In this document: positions 26,521 through 32,000 of the stretch, one piece after another
Numbering within the stretch: the stretch's first letter is position 1
Layout: each line of letters starts with the position of its first letter
Assembly: GCA_964536865.1 (NCBI GenBank)
Contig: CAZHYN010000005.1
Span: 1 to 32,000, forward strand
Source of the DNA: an uncultured Planctomycetia bacterium
GTDB lineage: Bacteria; Omnitrophota; Gorgyraeia; Duberdicusellales; 4484-171
Length of the DNA: 32,000 nucleotides
Direction: 5' to 3'
The notes under the pieces: model-generated
The model's database searches: none
The model's input: the letters and a program-made list of their open reading frames with translations, nothing else
Told to the model about the DNA's origin: nothing
Made by a program: the position numbers and the translations under genes

Positions 26521-29500
26521 TCAAGTAGTGGTAAAGTAAATATCGATACGCCTGACCGCCTGTTCTCTTATTTTATAACTTAGAGGAGGGGTAATAATAT
26601 CTTTCTTTAAAGAATAAACTCTTTTGCCATCGTCAATTTCTATCCTCTCTACTCTTGCTCTGGGAGAATAAGTATCTGTCCTTTTAGGATTATGATAAAC
26701 TACTAAAGTAGAAGAAAAGAGTTTAAAAGCAAAAACGTTGGGAGGTAAAGCTATTCTTTCTCTTCCCAAGTTGAAGATACTTTTCTTAGTAGTGAAGAGA
26801 CTTTCTTTAAGAAGAGGAGAAAATTTAAGAAATAGTTTATCTTGGTGATCAATAAAAAAAGGTTGTCTCCCTAAACACATTAAAACCCAGATATTTAAAA
26901 GTTCCGAAGTTGCTCCTGTAAGTCTTGCTACAAATCCTTTTCCCCACAAATTGCTATCATAGTAAGCACTACTTACTATAAATGAAGAATTTTCTAAAAT
27001 GCTTCTTCCATAAATCCTAGGTTCCATAAAGCAAATAACACAGTGAAAAAAATCATCATAAAACTCATCATACAGTCCATTTTTAATTAATTCTACCAAA
27101 TATTTATACTCCATATGAAGCCAGATAGATTCATTCTCCAACCAACCTGAGGGGAAAACCTTACTTCTCCCTATCTCTAATGGAGAAGAATCCAGAGATA
27201 GATTCAGACGATACATCTTAAGTTTTCTATCAAAAAGAGTAGTTTTTTTCACTTTTTGATAAATCTGTTTTTCTTTGTTCACTCTTAAGATGTGGACACA
27301 CCCTTCTAAGAAAAGAGGTAAAGGCTTAGAGATAACTTTCTTAGGCTTTATATAAGATACGTTTTGGTACTCTTTAATTTCATGGAGAAAGTAAGTAAAG
27401 TACAGGCCACTTTTTTTGTCTTTACCCTTAGCTATACCCAAATTGAGTTTATTTATTGACTCTTTTAAGAATTTACCTATCCTTTCTAAAGAGAGACTTT
27501 CCTGTTTACCTTCTAGGCCCCAAAAAGTTTTTCTTCTAAAGGCCTCTTTTATCCGGTTAGACTTATCCCACCAGAATAGTTCTCTATCAATCTTTCTCTC
27601 TCGGTAGCTTAAAAATAAATCTTCCACTCTATCAAAAAACCATCTTATTTCTTTACATACTCTTACCTTTTTAGTTTCTCTCTTTATTTTCTTTATTGCT
27701 TCTACTAAAATCATACAGGCACGTTTAGTCTCTAAAGTCTCACATAAGGAAGAACCAAAAAGAGCAGGAAGTCCATTTAAGGAGTCACACCATCCAGGTT
27801 TATCTGCCTCCATCTCTATCCCTATGCCTCGAAAGTCTAAGCTGGATAGTTTGTTAAGAATTATACTAAGTAACTTTTCTACAAGATTGGTCTTATAAAC
27901 CTTACCTCTCCCATAAGCTGTTCTTAAAAAGTTCCTCAATCTCCTTCGCATGCTAATCATTTTTTTCTTCTCCTCTACTAATTCTAGAGAATTTAACTGA
28001 TAAACTTTACCATCCTTTAGAAGATACCGATATTTCCTCTCTTTAACCCTGACTTCATCATCCCAAAACATAAAATTAGTCTTTAAAAATAGTTCGCTAA
28101 CCTTATCAGGATAAAAATATAAGAAGCTCTCTATTAAGTCTAAATTATAATGCCAATGGTCAATCCAGAAGCCTTCTCCAAATTTAGCCTGAGGCTCAGT
28201 TTTTGCTCTTTCTAATAAAGCACTCACTAACTCTTCCCATGCTTTCAAATTTATTTTTTTGTCTCTTAAGAAAGTAAAAAATTCCCCCAGATAAAACCCT
28301 CTTTTCATCAGGGAAATAAGGCTGTTATCTAAAGGAAGAGAGAATCTTCTCAAAATATCTTCTATACTGCTTTTTTTCTCAAAATATAACTTTTCCCCTT
28401 TCACCACTAGAGGATTGTAACCATCTATCCTAAGAAGATTTAAGAAGTAAATTATATTCTTATCATAAATAGTAGGATTGAAGAATAAATCCATACGACG
28501 ATTTTGATTAATATCACGATAGTTTCCCTCTCCTTCACTGAAGTAAGTAGGTAGAATTTTAAACTTGTTATAATCTCTTTCTAAGTCACCGTGTTTCCGA
28601 GAGAAGAGATAGCAAACTTTTTTTCTGCCAAATTTATAAGGGTATCCTCCTCTTAAGATGTTATCTAGATAAGTAGATTTTAGATATTCATTAAACTCGT
28701 AAGATGAAGATAAACACCAGGCGTTATCTTTTATTTTTTCTATTAACTTTGCTCCTTCTTCTCTTTTTTTCTCCAAAAAACTATCATCAATACTCCCTAT
28801 ATTCTTGCTGAGTATGTCTAAATTGAACACTCCTCCTATGAGAGTATAAATAGTAACTTTTTCTTTAGGAGTTAGCTTGGTCCTAAGAAAACAAAATGCG
28901 GAGGGACTCCTTCCATAAAGTTTATATCTTTGAGGAACAGCAAAGTTCCTCCTCAAGAACTTAAAGGGTAAAGAATAGGAAGTATCATAAAGAAATACAT
29001 CTCTAGGATCAATAATCAGAGGAAGGAATCGAATTATCTTATCCCTAGCAAAAGATAGGAAAAAATTTGCACCTTCTATATAGTGAGTATGAGAAGTATC
29101 TTTAGGATCTACAGTAAGTCTAAATAAAGCAATTCTTTTAGAAGCAATATCGGTAATCTCTGACTTCATCCATGCTTCCAAAGTACGAGAAAGATGTTTC
29201 AAAAATAAATCTCTGCATCCGAAGGGAATTATTTTTGGTAAACCATCGAGTATCTCCAATCGATATTCTTTTCTAGATATATTTTCTATTCTTAAAATCC
29301 TAACCAAACTAGCAAAAGGCATAGAAGGAAGGGTGAAATAACCTACAGAAATATTTATCCCTAAATAGAAATTACTTTCCTCCAGGATTAACTCCGAACT
29401 TTTAATAATCATCCTCTCTTTCTTAGGGTAACTAAAAGTGAGCTGAAAAGGTTCGTAAAAAGTACCATTTACCTTAACAAATGTTCTAAAACCTATTCTC

Positions 29501-29724
29501 CCCACCTGTTGGTAAGCCTTATCTGCAGGAAGGAACTCAAGGATAGAGTGACTTTTATCCTTTATCCCAAAACTTACCACTCCCTGTGCTCGGTTAACAT
29601 AAAAACACCATAGAGGTATCCCCCATATTCCTGAAATAGCAGGTAAAAAGTTGGCAAAAGGTGAACTCCGGTTATACTCCTCTATAATGAATCCAGAATC
29701 TTTCTCTAGAAAATACCTACTCAT
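26521..29724 (-). CDS. large (1067 aa) uncharacterized protein, possibly a distant (alpha/alpha)6 glycoside hydrolase/phosphorylase-like enzyme
   Basis: Long uninterrupted ORF. The motifs GNYRDINQNRR and KPGWCDSLNGL loosely resemble the RDxxQD and DWNDxxN motifs of GH94-type phosphorylases. The functional call is weak. Confidence 0.35.
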   Translation of the reverse strand: MSRYFLEKDSGFIIEEYNRSSPFANFLPAISGIWGIPLWCFYVNRAQGVVSFGIKDKSHSILEFLPADKAYQQVGRIGFRTFVKVNGTFYEPFQLTFSYPKKERMIIKSSELILEESNFYLGINISVGYFTLPSMPFASLVRILRIENISRKEYRLEILDGLPKIIPFGCRDLFLKHLSRTLEAWMKSEITDIASKRIALFRLTVDPKDTSHTHYIEGANFFLSFARDKIIRFLPLIIDPRDVFLYDTSYSLPFKFLRRNFAVPQRYKLYGRSPSAFCFLRTKLTPKEKVTIYTLIGGVFNLDILSKNIGSIDDSFLEKKREEGAKLIEKIKDNAWCLSSSYEFNEYLKSTYLDNILRGGYPYKFGRKKVCYLFSRKHGDLERDYNKFKILPTYFSEGEGNYRDINQNRRMDLFFNPTIYDKNIIYFLNLLRIDGYNPLVVKGEKLYFEKKSSIEDILRRFSLPLDNSLISLMKRGFYLGEFFTFLRDKKINLKAWEELVSALLERAKTEPQAKFGEGFWIDHWHYNLDLIESFLYFYPDKVSELFLKTNFMFWDDEVRVKERKYRYLLKDGKVYQLNSLELVEEKKKMISMRRRLRNFLRTAYGRGKVYKTNLVEKLLSIILNKLSSLDFRGIGIEMEADKPGWCDSLNGLPALFGSSLCETLETKRACMILVEAIKKIKRETKKVRVCKEIRWFFDRVEDLFLSYRERKIDRELFWWDKSNRIKEAFRRKTFWGLEGKQESLSLERIGKFLKESINKLNLGIAKGKDKKSGLYFTYFLHEIKEYQNVSYIKPKKVISKPLPLFLEGCVHILRVNKEKQIYQKVKKTTLFDRKLKMYRLNLSLDSSPLEIGRSKVFPSGWLENESIWLHMEYKYLVELIKNGLYDEFYDDFFHCVICFMEPRIYGRSILENSSFIVSSAYYDSNLWGKGFVARLTGATSELLNIWVLMCLGRQPFFIDHQDKLFLKFSPLLKESLFTTKKSIFNLGRERIALPPNVFAFKLFSSTLVVYHNPKRTDTYSPRARVERIEIDDGKRVYSLKKDIITPPLSYKIREQAVRRIDIYFTTT

Positions 29725-30025
29725 ATGCTTCTAACACATCTTTTAGAGAGTTAGCTATTTTTACTCCGTTAAACTTATTCTTAACCTCTTTAAGGGAGGA
29801 AGAACCCCCTTTCAAGAAGATGCTGTCTACCCCTGCTCTTTTAGCTGTCTCCATATCTATATCCATATCCCCTACAAATACTACCTCCTCCTTACTTACT
29901 TTTAATTTTTCCATAATTTTGAAAAGAATTTCAGGGTGGGGTTTAAGATTATTCACTCTATCGGCACAGAGAAGATAGGCATCTACTAAAGTACCATCCA
30001 AATCGAAGATATAAACTTTTTTCAT
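29717..30025 (-). CDS. HAD-superfamily phosphatase remnant lacking cap domain and motif II
   Basis: FDLDGTLVDA (motif I) is followed almost directly by KPHPE (motif III Lys) and VGDMDIDMETAKRAG (motif IV). The protein is only 102 aa. Confidence 0.55.
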   Translation of the reverse strand: MKKVYIFDLDGTLVDAYLLCADRVNNLKPHPEILFKIMEKLKVSKEEVVFVGDMDIDMETAKRAGVDSIFLKGGSSSLKEVKNKFNGVKIANSLKDVLEAYE

Positions 30026-30618
30026 CCTTCAAGTTTCCCAGGATTAAGAACTCCTCCCGAAACAATGAAACGAAGGGCTTCCTCAACTCCTATATCCAAG
30101 AATATAACTTCTTCTTTAGGAACAATGATAGTAAATCCTGTAAGGGGTGAGGGTGAAGAAGGGATAAAAATGTTAAAAGATTTTTTCTGGGGATTTACCT
30201 GTAATTCCTCGAGAGTATCGTTGGTGATAAATCCCATAGAATAAATACCTTTGCGAGGATACTCTACTAAAACTACCTTCCTAAACTTTTCCTTAGGTTC
30301 AAAAAACATAAACTCTACCACCCTCTTCACAGGAAGATATATCTTATTAGCTAAAGGAAGTTTTGAGAAAACTTTATCTACCCAACGAAGAACTCTCATG
30401 CGAGAGAGACGGACAAAAACTCCTAAGAGAAGTATTATACCTACAGTTATGATCAAACCTAATCCAGGAATTCTATATCCAAGGTAAGCCTCTATATAGC
30501 GATTGAGAAACTTTCCTAGAATACCATCAGTAAATCGGAATAAACCTACAATCACGTAAACAGTAACTACCAACGGTACTACTGCTGTAAGCCCTAAAAT
30601 AAAAAGTCTTCTTAACAT
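30022..30618 (-). CDS. DUF502 family membrane protein
   Basis: Two N-terminal TM helices with VPLVVTVYVI..., GLGLIITVGIILLLG, then GFITN...PSSPSPLTGFTIIVPKEEV, characteristic of DUF502/COG2928. Confidence 0.7.
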   Translation of the reverse strand: MLRRLFILGLTAVVPLVVTVYVIVGLFRFTDGILGKFLNRYIEAYLGYRIPGLGLIITVGIILLLGVFVRLSRMRVLRWVDKVFSKLPLANKIYLPVKRVVEFMFFEPKEKFRKVVLVEYPRKGIYSMGFITNDTLEELQVNPQKKSFNIFIPSSPSPLTGFTIIVPKEEVIFLDIGVEEALRFIVSGGVLNPGKLEG

Positions 30619-31166
30619 TTCTTTCTTAAAAATTTAATAGAAAGAGAAGAAGCGATAAAAATTTTCACGAGGTCCCCAAATATAAAGGGTAAGACTCCTA
30701 TAGCTAAAGCCTTCCTAAGAGTGATACCCAAGAGAGACTTTAACCATAGAACCCCTGAAAGATATATCCATAGATTAATGCAAAAGAATAAAAGACATAA
30801 AGTACCAAAGGAGATATTCTGATAACTCAATCTTCTCAAAAGAGGAGAGAAGATTAAACTGGCACTAAGAAAACCTACTAAGTATCCTCCCGTAGGGCCA
30901 AAAATGTAACTGAACCCTCCCCCCCCACTAAAAAAAGGCCAACCCAGAAGACCTAAACCGATATATAGACTTATACAGTAGATTGAATTTTCTTTAAGAA
31001 CAGCTATAGCTAAAAACAATACCAGTGTCTGAAAAGTAATAGGTACAGGAGTAAAAGGAAGTGGAATTTTAGCTTTAGAAGATATTACAAAAAGAAAAGT
31101 AAAAGAAAATATAAGGAAGAGATTCCAAACTAATCCTATACGACAAGCTCTTACAGACAATCTCAT
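30612..31166 (-). CDS. bioY: biotin transporter BioY
   Basis: PLPFTPVPITFQTLVLFLA...GPTGGYLVGF...LPFIFGDLVK motifs typical of the BioY S-component. Confidence 0.8.
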   Translation of the reverse strand: MRLSVRACRIGLVWNLFLIFSFTFLFVISSKAKIPLPFTPVPITFQTLVLFLAIAVLKENSIYCISLYIGLGLLGWPFFSGGGGFSYIFGPTGGYLVGFLSASLIFSPLLRRLSYQNISFGTLCLLFFCINLWIYLSGVLWLKSLLGITLRKALAIGVLPFIFGDLVKIFIASSLSIKFLRKKC

Positions 31167-31181
31167 AACTATCTCCCACTC

Positions 31182-31751
31182 TTAACTAAGCATCTTCAAG
31201 GTAAAAGCACTCACTAAGGGAATCGAAATATTATCATCTACATAGGGTATCAATTCTACCACGGAAGCAAGAAAAGATGAAGAGAAAATTGCCAGCCAAC
31301 TAATTTTGAACTTAGCCATCTTACATACTAAACCTATAAATAAACAGGTCAAAAAGAATGTAAATGTACCTTCTAAAGTCTTATTTCTAATCAATCTGAC
31401 TCTCCCCCAGTAAAAGCCTACCAGCCCAGATGATGCATCAGAGAATATTAGAAAAGCAAGAGAAATTATAGCAATATCTTTAGGAAAAAAAAGAATCGTT
31501 AGAAACATAACTAAGAAGAATATTGTGGTAGAAGAAAGAAATTTTTTCTCTTCATTTTTTAGAAAGGATGAAAACATTTCAAATATTTTTTCGTTAATCT
31601 CCGGTCTCTTAAATCTTAAATACTCTAAGAAGAAAAGGGGAATCAAAAATATACTCAATACTCCAAGCGTGAGTTTCCGAGAAGTGTAAAAATAAAGAAT
31701 AATAAAAGAAAAAGAGAAAAGGCGATAGATCTTTCTATGGATGAGACTCAT
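31182..31751 (-). CDS. CTP-dependent lipid kinase / phosphatidate cytidylyltransferase-family membrane protein (COG0170-like)
   Basis: Polytopic membrane protein with FSDASSGLVGFYWGR...NKTLEGTFTFF, resembling the CdsA/dolichol-phytol kinase family motif. Confidence 0.5.
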   Translation of the reverse strand: MSLIHRKIYRLFSFSFIILYFYTSRKLTLGVLSIFLIPLFFLEYLRFKRPEINEKIFEMFSSFLKNEEKKFLSSTTIFFLVMFLTILFFPKDIAIISLAFLIFSDASSGLVGFYWGRVRLIRNKTLEGTFTFFLTCLFIGLVCKMAKFKISWLAIFSSSFLASVVELIPYVDDNISIPLVSAFTLKMLS

Positions 31752-32000
31752 TTAGTAATTAGTGTGCTCCCCTCTGTTTTCAGGCTCTGCCATTCTTCTT
31801 CAGTAAGACATTTTATTTTTTTAGCATACTCATCTAAAAATTTAGCAATCTCCCCTTTTAAGATTTGATCAGCACTCTCATGAGTAGGATGAACATGACA
31901 GGTAGCTACTGCTTCTCTTAAAATGTGAGGATTGTCTATAATCATACAGGGGGTAAGAAGGTTTCTTGAAATAAGATTCTCCTTAGAAAAGTACGGAAGA
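31748..32000 (-). CDS. hypothetical protein, 5'-partial (frame stays open to the window edge)
   Basis: ORF 31748..31945 has no in-frame stop upstream of its first Met up to base 32000. Its stop overlaps the next gene start (ATGA). Confidence 0.4.
   Translation of the reverse strand, partial: LPYFSKENLISRNLLTPCMIIDNPHILREAVATCHVHPTHESADQILKGEIAKFLDEYAKKIKCLTEEEWQSLKTEGSTLITK

Overview
AT-rich bacterial chromosomal segment in which every gene I can support lies on the minus strand. By eye, protein-coding DNA is very AT-rich while the rRNA and tRNA exons are strongly GC-rich; I did not compute either value. From left to right the window contains the following. (1) 1-5200: a GC-rich structured-RNA-like stub cut by the window edge, two relics of a tyrosine-recombinase gene, and a run of small hypothetical membrane or secreted proteins. 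This looks like an accessory or rearranged patch. (2) 5200-11800: an envelope-associated cluster with a DUF2089 zinc-ribbon/HTH regulator, a SHOCT-like/TPR/LemA fusion, LemA, and two paralogous TPM-domain+TPR proteins. (3) 12056-14569: htpX, xseB and xseA. (4) 14732-22835: a complete 16S - tRNA-Ile(GAT) - tRNA-Ala(TGC) - 23S - 5S operon that is heavily interrupted. The 23S gene spans about 5.4 kb. It carries three group I introns, two of them with single-motif LAGLIDADG genes, plus a hairpin-bounded insertion encoding a small GIY-YIG protein and a helix-45-type intervening sequence. The 16S gene spans about 1.8 kb and has three intervening sequences. The main finding is that ten of these insertions or hairpins are closed by the same stem, CCCRCCCUUU/AAAGGGYGGG. 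This includes copies nested inside the introns and two 'empty' copies. (5) 23208-32000: hldD, a COG1900/NIL-ferredoxin homocysteine-synthesis pair with cysE, a 1067-aa orphan with distant glycoside-phosphorylase-like motifs, a cap-less mini-HAD, DUF502, bioY, and a CdsA/dolichol-kinase-like protein. No CRISPR array or intact transposon was seen. E. coli rRNA numbering and helix names are from memory-based alignment and are approximate.
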